Origin: a virus
Lineage: Duplodnaviria > Caudoviricetes
Virus record (IMG/VR): IMGVR_UViG_3300023283_000096
Span: 1-62,894 of that record
Reading direction: 5' to 3' (one strand)
DNA: 62,894 nucleotides
Part shown: positions 19,619 to 30,301 of the stretch, one piece after another
Position numbering within the stretch: position 1 is the first letter of the stretch
Layout: every line of letters begins with the position of its first letter
The notes under the pieces: generated by a model
Database searches by the model: none
What the model was told of the DNA's origin: nothing
The model's input: the letters and a program-made list of their open reading frames with translations, nothing else
Position numbers and translations under genes: made by a program

Positions 19619-22380
19619 TGCGGTTTACAGGTCCGGTTAGAGTTACGATTCGGGGCGATCAGGACCTCGGGCAGCGATACATCACCGTTGCCCGAACTTT
19701 TTTGGGGACCGTTGTCAACCAGCTGGGCCTTGCTAAAAACGAGGGTGGCCTGGCAAGTCGCCTGGTCACGCTACCGGACGGTGCCAGGATTCTGGTTCGC
19801 CAAGTAACTGAAAACGTTCACGACATTGTTATCGATGTACAGTCTGTTACAAGTGCGCTGTTTACAGAGGCGCTGCAGTATATGTTTTCTGTGCGGGGGA
19901 TAGGTAGTAAGACTGCGCCTGTAGTTGAACAGAATGGTCGCGGGGTTGTTACTTCAGCCTGGGCGGGGCTATTTGTCGCTTTCACTGGAGCAGGTGAGGC
20001 AGACATTACTGCCGTACCAATCGTGTCTACGCGGGAAGATATCCAACCTACTGACGAAGATAGCTGGGTATTTATCGGCGCCACGGGTACGACGGCAGCA
20101 GAAATAGCTGAAATGCTTCCGATCCCCCGTTATGAGATTGCGCATGCTGAGGCCATGCATTTGTTTCTGCCCGATAAGCAAAATATTGTACACGCCCCAT
20201 GGATGCAAAAAGGCCAGCCTCCTTATAATGCCTACGCGTGGTCTAAAAGTACGGAATGGAATGCCGGCGTCGGTAGCGGGACTGTTACGGAGGGGGGCAA
20301 TACTTTTGTTACATCCCAAGAAGAGTTTTTTCAATTCGGCGCAACTCCTACAGACATTGGATACGAAACAGACTTAGCCATATATCGGCCCCCCGAAGCA
20401 CAAGGAGTATTGACTAGCGGACAAAGCGTCGGGGGTGTGCCCGATATGGATTGGTATACATCATATGCCCGTGCCGTAGTTGATGAGCGCGAATTCGGCA
20501 TCGCAATTGATGCGAATCAAGTTCTGCATGTTTGGCCTACTTCTGCTGAAGGTACTGCTGAGCCCGATCCAACTTATGCGGATCAGGCTATAAAAACATC
20601 TGTCGCACCAGAGTTTGTTCGTTCTCAGCAACTTAGTTTCCCAGAGGGCGTTTATTTCCAGGACGTGTCACACAGAGACAGCGATCTTGACGGTTTTGGC
20701 GACGATCTTTTACGTCGGTCAGCGAGATATACATGGGTTCCTGATTCTACGGGTCTGCGGTTGGCAACAGTAGCTGTTTCGTATTTGACAGGCTTCACTT
20801 TGTTTGAGGATTCTGCTGGGACGAATCCAGCTACCAATGCCCCTGAATTGTTTTTTGGGAAACTGGATGCACGGGATCGTAGTTTGCGCCCTTACAGAGT
20901 AACAAAACCGTTGGTGCTGGAGTTGCAAATTACGATCACGATAACTGGGTTGACAGACGCAGAATTCGATGTTGATCATTCAGTAGAGGAGGTAGAGGTT
21001 AGCAGCACTTTCGCTCCTTCCCAAGTTGGCTACGCCGCTGAGGGAAATGCCTGGGGCGCGGAACAAGATGAGTTGCTTATTGCCGGCTTCACTGGGCATT
21101 TCTATGATGGTGAACCTTTTCAGCCCACAAGTGACGTCTCCAACGTTATAAATTGGCGCCACCTTACTTTGTCTGGTTTTGCAGTAAGGCACTTCGCGCT
21201 CGTATCTTCTCCTTTCGGGGTTACAGGCTCCGGTACTCGTAGGCAGGCTTATAACGAACTAAGCCGCTATGAGACTTATCCGATAGCGGATTTTGATGAT
21301 ACAGATTTTGGGATTTCTTTGTCCGTTGAGGCCACGTTTGATGTAATCCGACGAGACAGTAGCGTGATTTTTTCGAGGTGTGTACGAAGGAGGCTCGGTG
21401 AAGTTTTATTGGCTGATTACTTCATGGCTGAGGTTGCTGGGCTTGACTTACGAACTGGAATTGTTGCCTTTACGATGTCCGAGTCAGAATTCGATCAACG
21501 GTGGCCGGATCTTGAATCTATCGAGGGGGTCATCTTCGAGCACCAGATCAACAGGGGGTTTGTAATACTACGTGGGAGTGAACAGGTCACATCCTGGTTC
21601 CAAAAGGACGGGATAGAAGGTTCGCTGGAACATACCCCCCTAGGCAGTAAGATACCGAAGACTTATACTGCTGCAGTATCTACCCACGGAGTAGGGGCTT
21701 TAACTTCTGATTTGTGGTCACAAGATTATGTGTCCGCAATTTTTAATGAAGTTGATGGGGGCAACATGAATATCAATTGGAGATTTTTCGTAGACTTCCC
21801 TGAAGGCCATCGTTATTACGAGACACTGTACCAACGGCATTTTGCGGCTACTGGATTCATTGGCGGCCTTGTTGCCAACGAGGATGTTATAAGTTTCACA
21901 GGAGCCTTGTTTTGCCTTACTGATGGAATGCTTCGTAGTGAGGCTGAAAGTAACAAAGCCGTCGATGGTCAAACAGCGTTTACCAAAGAGCTAGATTTCC
22001 TGCAGTTTAGGAACATATCTACGACCCACAAGGCTGTATGGGAACAGGCATTCAACAGGACTATCGATCTCGAACGGTCTGTACATGTGGAACCAGAACT
22101 CGTAGAAACTGTTGCCCTGTCAGGCAGTGAAACCCAGGAAATATACCGCAATAACCTCATTATCCGCGACAGCGGCGGGACCGATATCCACAAGATCAAT
22201 ATGGACGAGGCGTGGTTCTGGTTATATCCCGGGTTCAGGGCCTGGCGCGGGTACGGTTATGGACTGTTTTCACAGGACTTGGCAAATCCAAGTGGTGATG
22301 CTATACTTAGTCGAGAGCAGCAGACGCTGCTCGATCCAGCTTTTAGTGGACGCGCGTACGGGTATACAGCTGATGATTAG
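19618..22380 (+). CDS. Large tail/virion protein (920 aa)
   Basis: Long coupled ORF in the tail cluster; lower GC. Confidence 0.6.
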   Translation: MRFTGPVRVTIRGDQDLGQRYITVARTFLGTVVNQLGLAKNEGGLASRLVTLPDGARILVRQVTENVHDIVIDVQSVTSALFTEALQYMFSVRGIGSKTAPVVEQNGRGVVTSAWAGLFVAFTGAGEADITAVPIVSTREDIQPTDEDSWVFIGATGTTAAEIAEMLPIPRYEIAHAEAMHLFLPDKQNIVHAPWMQKGQPPYNAYAWSKSTEWNAGVGSGTVTEGGNTFVTSQEEFFQFGATPTDIGYETDLAIYRPPEAQGVLTSGQSVGGVPDMDWYTSYARAVVDEREFGIAIDANQVLHVWPTSAEGTAEPDPTYADQAIKTSVAPEFVRSQQLSFPEGVYFQDVSHRDSDLDGFGDDLLRRSARYTWVPDSTGLRLATVAVSYLTGFTLFEDSAGTNPATNAPELFFGKLDARDRSLRPYRVTKPLVLELQITITITGLTDAEFDVDHSVEEVEVSSTFAPSQVGYAAEGNAWGAEQDELLIAGFTGHFYDGEPFQPTSDVSNVINWRHLTLSGFAVRHFALVSSPFGVTGSGTRRQAYNELSRYETYPIADFDDTDFGISLSVEATFDVIRRDSSVIFSRCVRRRLGEVLLADYFMAEVAGLDLRTGIVAFTMSESEFDQRWPDLESIEGVIFEHQINRGFVILRGSEQVTSWFQKDGIEGSLEHTPLGSKIPKTYTAAVSTHGVGALTSDLWSQDYVSAIFNEVDGGNMNINWRFFVDFPEGHRYYETLYQRHFAATGFIGGLVANEDVISFTGALFCLTDGMLRSEAESNKAVDGQTAFTKELDFLQFRNISTTHKAVWEQAFNRTIDLERSVHVEPELVETVALSGSETQEIYRNNLIIRDSGGTDIHKINMDEAWFWLYPGFRAWRGYGYGLFSQDLANPSGDAILSREQQTLLDPAFSGRAYGYTADD

Positions 22381-22834
22381 AATGAGTTCAGGTTTTCGGA
22401 ATTGGCTCCTCGGCGGCGGGAATGTCATCGAGGCTTTCGATCGAGGAGTCATAGAGGTATATTCAGGCACTCAGCCCGATGCCGCGGATTTGCCCCCGAC
22501 CGGCACGTTGCTTGGGCGCGTCACGCGTGACGGTAACACTTTCGCGCACGGTGACCCCACATACGGGCTGAGCATCATACACGTCCCGTCTATTGTCGGG
22601 GTGCTCAAAGATCCGACTGAGGACTGGATTTTGACAGGTGTAGCTGATGGTACCGCCGGTTGGTGGAGATTCAAAGCAAACTCGCCCACCGACGACGATA
22701 GCGAGTCTACTTCGTTTTTCCGCATCGATGGTGTAATCTCGGCGCCTTTCGAAGAATTCTTCCTTGCCGACACGGCAATCACAACCGCTGGTCAACAAGA
22801 CATTGAATTGTTCCAGCTTACTTTCAATGTATGA
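22373..22834 (+). CDS. Tail structural protein (paralogue of the next gene)
   Basis: SSGFRN...IEVYSGTQP...TGTLL shared with 22846-23310. Confidence 0.65.
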   Translation: MIRMSSGFRNWLLGGGNVIEAFDRGVIEVYSGTQPDAADLPPTGTLLGRVTRDGNTFAHGDPTYGLSIIHVPSIVGVLKDPTEDWILTGVADGTAGWWRFKANSPTDDDSESTSFFRIDGVISAPFEEFFLADTAITTAGQQDIELFQLTFNV

Positions 22835-22845
22835 GGTGAATGCAA

Positions 22846-23310
22846 ATGGCTCTCAAGATTTCAACAGGACTACGCAATGCCATGTTGTCCGGCGGTACGC
22901 TCAAGGCTACCTTGGACGGTGGGTTTATTCATATCTACTCTGGTACGGCGCCAGCAAGCCCGAATGATGCCATTACCGGCACACTGTTAGCTACGATTTA
23001 CAGCGACGGTAGCACGGCAGGGTTAAACTTCGATATTAGCGCTGCTGACGGCGTGCTGGCTAAGGCGCCAGCAGAAGTGTGGGACAACAACGTGGAGACG
23101 AACGTAGCTTCCGGCACGGCTACGCATTATCTGCACGTGGCGTCCGGAGAATCAGATGGTACGGCTATCGGGGCAAGCACGACCGCGGCGCGTATTCTGG
23201 GTACAGTAGGTACAGCAGGCACGGACATGGTCATGGGTAATACTACGCTGACCTCAGGTCAGGTCCAGGCTATTAATTTCTACTCAGTTGCGTTGCCTGA
23301 AACATGCTAA
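22846..23310 (+). CDS. Tail structural protein
   Basis: STGLRN...IHIYSGTAP...TGTLL; GAGGT RBS. Confidence 0.65.
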   Translation: MALKISTGLRNAMLSGGTLKATLDGGFIHIYSGTAPASPNDAITGTLLATIYSDGSTAGLNFDISAADGVLAKAPAEVWDNNVETNVASGTATHYLHVASGESDGTAIGASTTAARILGTVGTAGTDMVMGNTTLTSGQVQAINFYSVALPETC

Positions 23311-23558
23311 TCGAGTCAGCACTGCGTCGCGAACGCCGGATTAGCTTCATACCACTCGAGCGGGTATGCGAGCAGGAAGAAGTGTGCGTCGAACAACCGC
23401 CCGAAGAAAGCGATAGACCCCCGCCCCTTTTGTTTCCTGGGCCGGGGGGAGGAGGCGCAGGCGCTGGGGGTTCAAACTGCCGTACGGTAACCGAGACTAT
23501 TTGTGATGGCATTGGAGGTTCTCCGTGCCGCACTGTAACGTATATGGTATGTGACTGA
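23304..23558 (+). CDS. Cys/Gly/Pro-rich small protein
   Basis: 84 aa, 6 Cys, CRTVT twice; overlaps both neighbours. Confidence 0.5.
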   Translation: MLIESALRRERRISFIPLERVCEQEEVCVEQPPEESDRPPPLLFPGPGGGGAGAGGSNCRTVTETICDGIGGSPCRTVTYMVCD

Positions 23559-23944
23559 TGCCACAGCAATGCTGGATAGAAACTACTTGTACTGATGTTC
23601 CGGGTACCGGGATACTCGTCGAAGATAACACGGAATCCTGGAATGCTCGGGCTGCGAGCATAGATGGGTTTGAACCCACCGATTCGTTCACTTACAGTTT
23701 TGACCCGAAAGTTGAAACTCCTTTTTTCAGCGGCGTTTACGACAGTGGGCAAGATGACCTTCCGCTACCTTCCAGGTATTTAGTGGCTTTCGAAGTCACA
23801 GCGCTAAAGGCAGCGGTTTGGAATGATGGAATGCGTGTAGTTTCGGATTTGAACTGGTCTCTTGGTGATCGATTTCATATCCGTTATGACGCTGGCTTAA
23901 TCACTTGTTTGATTGGTAATACTGAGGTGTGGAGCAACGCATGA
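23558..23944 (+). CDS. Hypothetical tail protein
   Basis: WNARAASI motif; TGATG and ATGA coupling. Confidence 0.55.
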   Translation: MPQQCWIETTCTDVPGTGILVEDNTESWNARAASIDGFEPTDSFTYSFDPKVETPFFSGVYDSGQDDLPLPSRYLVAFEVTALKAAVWNDGMRVVSDLNWSLGDRFHIRYDAGLITCLIGNTEVWSNA

Positions 23945-25614
23945 TACGCGCTGGTACGAATATCTGGTCAGTCGGCGTTGCTCTGGAAAACCCGGAGTTT
24001 TCGGGCGTTGATAGATCTACTGAGAATGCTCAGGGGGTGCTGCCAGGTCTGTTCGGGTTTTCTGGCGACGTAGAAGGGTTTTCTCAGGTCGTCGACCGCG
24101 AGCTGCCTAGCTTGGAAAGCGAGATCCGCATCCAGCTAACTGCGGATGCTCAGAGTACAGCGCCGTCGATCCGGGGTTTTTCTTCAGGAGACCAGTTTGA
24201 TCCTGATGATTCTGACCCGCCGGCGCCGCCCGGCCCGTCTACGCCCGATCCTTTTACGCAGGCAGCAGGAGAGATGTCGGGTCTGTTCGGCGTTGCCAGC
24301 ATCGAGCCTACACCGGAAATAGATGCTTCGTCAAACCAGCTGATTCCAAACCTCCGTTCTAACCAGGCAGTATCGTTTACGTGGAAGAATGCAGATGTGC
24401 AGGAAGTACCAACGCCAGCTTTGCTCGGATTTTCAGCTGATTTTGATGCCGCAGGTAGTGCTGCTACAGCACCTGGCTTGACTGGCGAAGCCTTTGGTCT
24501 CGGGGACTTCAGCCATATGATAGTGGTACTGCCGGCGCTTGCCGGTGCCATAGATAATAATAAGGCTCAGATCTTAGAGTCTCTGAGCGCGACTTCGCAG
24601 ATCACTATCGAGGTTATTGCCAGCATTCGTGAGGTGCTGGAGGCTACTGATTCCTTTACCACCCAGGGCAGCTTCAGGATCAATGTGACTGAGGAGATGA
24701 TACTCTCCGCGGCAGCGATTGTGCCTTACTCGGTTGAAGTAGCCGAAGCATTGTTAGCGGAAGTTGACACACCTACCGTCGCACTAAAGCTTGCTCAGAC
24801 GTTTGAGACGCTGCTTGCTGCCGATTCGGTCGATAGCCTGGCGACGCTCAAACTGTCGATCGCTATGGCATTGACAGCTCGCGATACGATCCGAGCGAAC
24901 CCGCACGCTGCGATCGACGAAATCCTTGAATCCACAATCTCCTCCAGTGCTCGCCTGACCACGTTCGTCGAGCTGGTCGACTCTCTGGTTGCCGCTGACC
25001 AGGTAGACATTAATGGTATCTTCCTGGTGGCCGCTGCTGAGCAAGCCCAGTTTGTAGATAGTGTGAGTACGATTGCCACGCTGCAGGCAGCCGTCGAGGA
25101 AGGTGTGGCGACCTACATATCGATCCGCGTCGGCGGCGAAGTGATCCAGGGCTGGGTGATGAATACTTCAAATGCCGCTTTCAGCGAGTACGGTAACTAC
25201 CCGTTCAACTCGTTTGCCGAAATCTACGGTACTTACTACGGCGCTGCTGAAGACGGGATCTACGAGCTCAGCGGCGACGATGACGACGGCCAGGCCATCG
25301 ACGCCCACATCAAGACTGGCCTGATCGATATGGGCACGCACTTTATCAAGGACGTGAAGGCTGCCTACATCGGCTTCACCGCTACGGGCCGGCTGGTGCT
25401 GAAGGTCACGGCCTCCGTCCGCGGTGAGCGCAAGGAGTACTGGTACGAAATGAAGCCCCAGTCGTCTGATACAATGCGCGAAGGCCGGTTCACGATTGGC
25501 CGAGGTATCCGATCGAAGTACTGGCAATTTGAAGTGTCGAACCTGGAAGGAGAAGATTTTGAGCTTGACGGGATCACCGCGCTTTACAACGTGCTGTCAA
25601 GGAGACTGAGATGA
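23941..25614 (+). CDS. Tail protein with repetitive beta shaft
   Basis: E-x-L-x-A-x-D/S-type repeats; C-terminal WVMN...YPFNSFA...GRGIRSKYWQF domain. Confidence 0.65.
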   Translation: MIRAGTNIWSVGVALENPEFSGVDRSTENAQGVLPGLFGFSGDVEGFSQVVDRELPSLESEIRIQLTADAQSTAPSIRGFSSGDQFDPDDSDPPAPPGPSTPDPFTQAAGEMSGLFGVASIEPTPEIDASSNQLIPNLRSNQAVSFTWKNADVQEVPTPALLGFSADFDAAGSAATAPGLTGEAFGLGDFSHMIVVLPALAGAIDNNKAQILESLSATSQITIEVIASIREVLEATDSFTTQGSFRINVTEEMILSAAAIVPYSVEVAEALLAEVDTPTVALKLAQTFETLLAADSVDSLATLKLSIAMALTARDTIRANPHAAIDEILESTISSSARLTTFVELVDSLVAADQVDINGIFLVAAAEQAQFVDSVSTIATLQAAVEEGVATYISIRVGGEVIQGWVMNTSNAAFSEYGNYPFNSFAEIYGTYYGAAEDGIYELSGDDDDGQAIDAHIKTGLIDMGTHFIKDVKAAYIGFTATGRLVLKVTASVRGERKEYWYEMKPQSSDTMREGRFTIGRGIRSKYWQFEVSNLEGEDFELDGITALYNVLSRRLR

Positions 25615-26231
25615 GAGAGCTCAAGATTACATCCTCTGACCAGTTTAGTGGTTTTGGGAATACCGTTTCTGATTTTGGTGGAGAGGCTCAAACGAGCTTG
25701 TCTTGGGATAATGGCCTTGGGGAGACGGGTGGGATGACGGTTACGGTCCAACAATTCCAAGCCGCTAATGAGCTTATGATACAGCTACGATTTGATTCGA
25801 GCCATCCAGATTGGTTTAGCACTGTAGGAGATACTTATACGACCCTTTCAGGCACATTGTTTCTAAATTTTCCTGACACGAATGGGGACCTCGTGGAATC
25901 TAACCAGGCGGAAGTTGGCTCAATTTTTGGGAACAGTGCTATACCCGAAGGTTTAATCTTTGTAACAGGCTCCCCCGGCCCTCAGTTCGAGGAGCTGCCT
26001 TTTTTTGTAGAGTTTCCAACTGCGTCGGATAACAATGCCGTGACTTTGAGCTTGGCTACTTATGATTTTATCGGGAGTGGCTCATCAATTACTCCAAATA
26101 AGGTTATTTCTCCTGTAGCATTTTTTGACGACGGCACAACTGGTACCGTGTCGATCTACGATATGGTCTTCAACGCTGCTTCAGGTTTCTTTTGGACGGA
26201 TCTTCAAGGCTCGCGTGAGGTACTATTATGA
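25611..26231 (+). CDS. Hypothetical virion protein
   Basis: Coupled ORF, lower GC, ends FFWTDLQGSREV. Confidence 0.55.
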   Translation: MRELKITSSDQFSGFGNTVSDFGGEAQTSLSWDNGLGETGGMTVTVQQFQAANELMIQLRFDSSHPDWFSTVGDTYTTLSGTLFLNFPDTNGDLVESNQAEVGSIFGNSAIPEGLIFVTGSPGPQFEELPFFVEFPTASDNNAVTLSLATYDFIGSGSSITPNKVISPVAFFDDGTTGTVSIYDMVFNAASGFFWTDLQGSREVLL

Positions 26232-28069
26232 GCACTCCAGTTTTCGATCCAGTCGGTCTTGTCAACGCCGGCTGGGATAAATTCAGCTCCATTGGTGACC
26301 AGGCGATTGGTCGTAGCCTGTCGATCGCCAGCCAGCTGGCAAACTTCAATATCCCGGATGTCAACTTCGACGCCTCGTTCCAACCAGTCCAGGGGGTCAT
26401 GCAGGGCTTCGATGATCCTCAGCGGCCCCAGACACCAGAGTTCGAAGTCAACTTTGAGCTACCTGAGCCGCTGGAGATCAACACGGTTGACATCCCTGAC
26501 TTCGGCGCCGCGCCGACGGATGATCTACAGCCCCCGTCGCTGGACTTCTCCGGCAGACCGAACCCGCTGAATATCCCGGCACCACCGGGTCGGCCAAATT
26601 TGTTCGAGATCTCGATCCCCGAGGCGCCGGACATCGTACTGCCCGAGCTTCCGGATTTCGAGCAGCTCAATATCCCGTCACCACCCGAAGCCCTCAACGT
26701 AGAGTTCGAGGGCGTGCGCCCCGAACGAGATTTCGCCGCCCCGGACGTGCCACTGGACTTCACTGAAGAAGAGTATTCGTCGGAGCTGCTGGACCAGACT
26801 CGAGCCGAAATCCAGCGCATGATGGAAGATGGTTTGGGTATGCCCGCAGCCGTTGAGCAGATGCTTATTGATCAGGCGCGGGCGCGCGACGAACGCGACG
26901 CCCGCCGGGCCATCCAGGAGGCTACCGAAGACTGGTCTCGCCGCGGCTTCACGCTTCCGTCAGGTGTGCTCAACGGACGTATTGACCGGGTCAAGCAGGA
27001 GGCTCAGGACCGGGCCAGTCAGCTCAACCGCGAGGTATTTATCCAGCGCCGGCAGCAGGAGGTTGAAAACTTCCGCTTCGCTGTCTCACAGGGCGTGGCA
27101 CTCGAGAGCCAGCTGATCGGCGCACACCTCGATGTTCAGCAGCGCAAGCTGGAATTCGCCCGCAGCCTGGTACAAGTGGCGCTGGACCTGTTCAACGCTC
27201 GCATCGCTGAATACAACGCCGATGTCCAGGCCTACCAGGTTGATGCTCAGGTTTTCGAGCAGCTGGTGCGGGCTGAGCTCAACAAACTCGAGCGCTTCCG
27301 GCTGCAGATCCAGGCCGAGGCCGAGAAGAACGAGATCAACCGGACCAAGGTCGAGATTTTCGTCTCGCGTGTTCAGGCGCTCGACCAGGTCGTCAACATC
27401 TACCGAGGCCAGATCGAAGCCGCCCGCACCGTAGCTCAAACCAACGATTCAATCGCCCGCTCGTTTGCCGCTGAGATTGACGGCTTTCGCAGCCAGGTTG
27501 AGGCCAAGCGCGAAGAGTTCGAAGCCTGGGCGACTAAAATCCGCGGTGAGCTGGGTAAGGTCCAGGCATTCGAAGCCGAGACCCGGGCGTTCGCTACACG
27601 CGTTGACGCTTACCGCACTGGCGTCGATGCCAAGGCAGTCAAGCCTCGGCTCGAAGTCGACGTCGAGGCCTCTCGCGTGCAGCAGAATCTGGCTCAGATC
27701 GAAGCCGTGCGCACGGGTATTCAGGCCGAGGCCGAGCGCATCCGGGCCAAGTCCCAGGCGTTCGGCTCCGAGGCTCAGATGTTTGCTTCCGAAGGCCAGA
27801 TTGCTGCGGCCAAAGCTGAGACGAATACCCGGCAGTTCCTGGCGCTTGTCGAAGAGAACCGGACCAAAGCCGAGCAGGCACTGGGCCAGGCGCAGCTCGA
27901 TGTGACGAAGGTGGTACAATCGGGGCAAATCTTGTCATCGGCACTTGACTCTGCCGGGCGGATCACCGGACAGCTGGCCGCAGGCGCCATGAGTGCCGTG
28001 AACCTAGGCGCTTCGATCAGCGGCAGCAGCTCCGACAGCGAGAGCACGATTACAACGATTCAGGGGTAA
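26228..28069 (+). CDS. Putative tail/ejection protein
   Basis: Pro-rich N-terminus, WSRRGFTLPSG, long coiled coil. Confidence 0.55.
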   Translation: MSTPVFDPVGLVNAGWDKFSSIGDQAIGRSLSIASQLANFNIPDVNFDASFQPVQGVMQGFDDPQRPQTPEFEVNFELPEPLEINTVDIPDFGAAPTDDLQPPSLDFSGRPNPLNIPAPPGRPNLFEISIPEAPDIVLPELPDFEQLNIPSPPEALNVEFEGVRPERDFAAPDVPLDFTEEEYSSELLDQTRAEIQRMMEDGLGMPAAVEQMLIDQARARDERDARRAIQEATEDWSRRGFTLPSGVLNGRIDRVKQEAQDRASQLNREVFIQRRQQEVENFRFAVSQGVALESQLIGAHLDVQQRKLEFARSLVQVALDLFNARIAEYNADVQAYQVDAQVFEQLVRAELNKLERFRLQIQAEAEKNEINRTKVEIFVSRVQALDQVVNIYRGQIEAARTVAQTNDSIARSFAAEIDGFRSQVEAKREEFEAWATKIRGELGKVQAFEAETRAFATRVDAYRTGVDAKAVKPRLEVDVEASRVQQNLAQIEAVRTGIQAEAERIRAKSQAFGSEAQMFASEGQIAAAKAETNTRQFLALVEENRTKAEQALGQAQLDVTKVVQSGQILSSALDSAGRITGQLAAGAMSAVNLGASISGSSSDSESTITTIQG

Positions 28070-28084
28070 TGCAGGAGAAGCCAC

Positions 28085-28669
28085 ATGGAAGAAGACATTC
28101 TCTCGGAACTTCGCCGTCTGGCCAATGACCCGAATACGACAACGGAAGCCGTCGATCAGGCATTACGTGACGCTGGCCTATCTGATGTAGCCAACAGCTT
28201 GACTGACAACAACTTCGCTCAGCGCAATGCCAGCCGCCGTACTGAGCGTACTGACATCTTCGATCGTAGTCGCCGGCGTAGCGAACGCCGGTTCGGCAAC
28301 TTGGGTCAAAGTCAGCTACAGGGCTCGGTTACTGCTGACAGTTCGTTCGGTCAGAGCCGGTTACGTGGTTCAGTAACACGTGGCTTTGATCGCCCGCGGT
28401 TGGCCGAGCGGTTGGCGCCTGAGTTGCAAGACCGGTTAGCACCGAGGTTGCCGGAGATCCTCGAACCCCGACTGCCCGACAGAGCTGGCAACGCCTTCGG
28501 CACGCCAGGTAACGCCTTCGGCACACAGAACCGCGGGACGGCACTGTCAGGCGCGCGTAACGCGGCATTGACTAACAGGCCCTTCAGCAGCTTTGCGCGC
28601 CGGCAGCTGGGTATTACTGACGAGAACGAAGACGAATTTCGCAGCCTGCTGAGCAGGCGGAGGTCTTGA
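28085..28669 (+). CDS. Hypothetical low-complexity virion protein
   Basis: AGGAG RBS; internal repeats GQSxLxGSVT x2 and GNAFGT x2. Confidence 0.55.
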   Translation: MEEDILSELRRLANDPNTTTEAVDQALRDAGLSDVANSLTDNNFAQRNASRRTERTDIFDRSRRRSERRFGNLGQSQLQGSVTADSSFGQSRLRGSVTRGFDRPRLAERLAPELQDRLAPRLPEILEPRLPDRAGNAFGTPGNAFGTQNRGTALSGARNAALTNRPFSSFARRQLGITDENEDEFRSLLSRRRS

Positions 28670-28672
28670 ACC

Positions 28673-30301
28673 ATGAGTACACCGCAAGAAGAGATTCAGC
28701 GCCGTATTGCTGAGCAGGATCGGCGTCGCCGGCAGAATAGCAATGCCAGCCCACTACGAAATCAAGATGCTCTTGACGCTGCCGAAGCCCGCAACGAAGG
28801 CCGGTTCGAAGCAGTGCAGAGCTTGTCGCCCGGGCGTCGTGCGCTCGACTCGGCAGAAGTCCGTGCGCGCCGCGCTGCCGGCGAAGAAAACCCGGTTGGC
28901 TCAGCTGAGCTCAATGCCCGTGAGCGGGCTCAGGGGCTCAGGCAGCAGAACCCGGGTGGTGCGGCATCGTTCAACGTCCCGCAAGGCGCCGAGGTGCTAT
29001 CAAGCTCACAGGGTGCTCAGCTCACCCGTACAGAACCGACGACTGGACGCACGATCGTCCGGGGCGACGACGGCATCGAGCGCTTCCAGTCAACGGTAAT
29101 TGGTGGCGGTGCGCCCCAGCGTGGTCTGCGTACTGGCGGCGGGGCGAGCAACGCTGGGCTAATCAACGCCCGGCTGGCAACAGGTACCGGGGCTCAAGGC
29201 GAGCCAGTGTTCGACAACCAGTCGATCGCTGAAGGCGTCGATGACGGGACGATCCCCGATCCCCAAGTCGAGCGCCGGCGCATTGCCCGCAACCAGGCCA
29301 TCGACGAGCGCAACCGCCCGCGCACGCTACGTAACGAGGTAGCCGCAGGGATTACGTCGCAGGAAGAGGCCAACCGGCAGACACTCGAGCGGAATGCCCA
29401 GCTCGAAGCAGCGACGCGGGCTAGTGGTAACCGGGACGGTGGCGGCAGTGAGGGCGGTGGTGGAGATAGTGCCCCTATTGATCTTGGCTCGGACGATTCG
29501 CTGCAGGCGCAGAAAGAAGTGGCGCAGTCATTCCGTACAGGCGAAGATGCTCGGCAATTTACAGACGGCGAAGTCCGGCTGTTCAACGCTGAAGCCCGGG
29601 CTGCACGCGATGCTGGTGATCTTCCACCGGATATCACACCGGAGCAGCTCGGTATGCTCCAGGCGTTCACGGCTGAGATCCCGAATCTTGGTGACGGGAT
29701 TCTCACCACACCGCCGAACGAGCCTATCGGCCCGGGTATGGCTTTCTCATTGATCCAGAGAGCTGCGTTGAATCCCGGCGAAGATACTATCCAGATTGGT
29801 AGTGCGAAGCTGGATACTTCTAGGCTCACGGGTCGCGCGGCTTCGGCTTTCCAGGCGAGCGTAAATCGTGTTCGAGGCAACCTGAATCGTAGCGCCGCGG
29901 CTGAGGTTCTGATCAATGGTGTGGATTCGGGGGATATCAGCGAGCGGGCTCAAGAGACTTTGAATGCCGATCTGGAACTGCAGAAGCAGCGGCAGTTGGA
30001 GCTCGTTAATGCACAACAGCCACAATTACGGCGTAGTTCGCCTGATAGCAATACTGTGCCAAATAGGTTTATAGGTGGCTCAGAACGGGCCGGTCGTTCT
30101 GTTATTCGACTTCCGCTCAACGCTACTGTCCGCAGAAACCTCAGCCAAGCTGGCATCCAGGTTCAGGAAGGCGACACGCTGCGCGATGTTCGGCAGCGCA
30201 TCGAAAACCAGCAGGTGACGCCAGAACTGGCCGACCAGTTTGTCGACCGAACTCTGACCGAAGAAGAACAGCAGCAATTGAGTCAACGACGCAGTGGCTA
30301 A
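28673..30301 (+). CDS. Putative internal virion (ejection) protein
   Basis: Ala/Gln/Arg/Gly-rich 542 aa directly before the giant gene. Confidence 0.55.
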   Translation: MSTPQEEIQRRIAEQDRRRRQNSNASPLRNQDALDAAEARNEGRFEAVQSLSPGRRALDSAEVRARRAAGEENPVGSAELNARERAQGLRQQNPGGAASFNVPQGAEVLSSSQGAQLTRTEPTTGRTIVRGDDGIERFQSTVIGGGAPQRGLRTGGGASNAGLINARLATGTGAQGEPVFDNQSIAEGVDDGTIPDPQVERRRIARNQAIDERNRPRTLRNEVAAGITSQEEANRQTLERNAQLEAATRASGNRDGGGSEGGGGDSAPIDLGSDDSLQAQKEVAQSFRTGEDARQFTDGEVRLFNAEARAARDAGDLPPDITPEQLGMLQAFTAEIPNLGDGILTTPPNEPIGPGMAFSLIQRAALNPGEDTIQIGSAKLDTSRLTGRAASAFQASVNRVRGNLNRSAAAEVLINGVDSGDISERAQETLNADLELQKQRQLELVNAQQPQLRRSSPDSNTVPNRFIGGSERAGRSVIRLPLNATVRRNLSQAGIQVQEGDTLRDVRQRIENQQVTPELADQFVDRTLTEEEQQQLSQRRSG

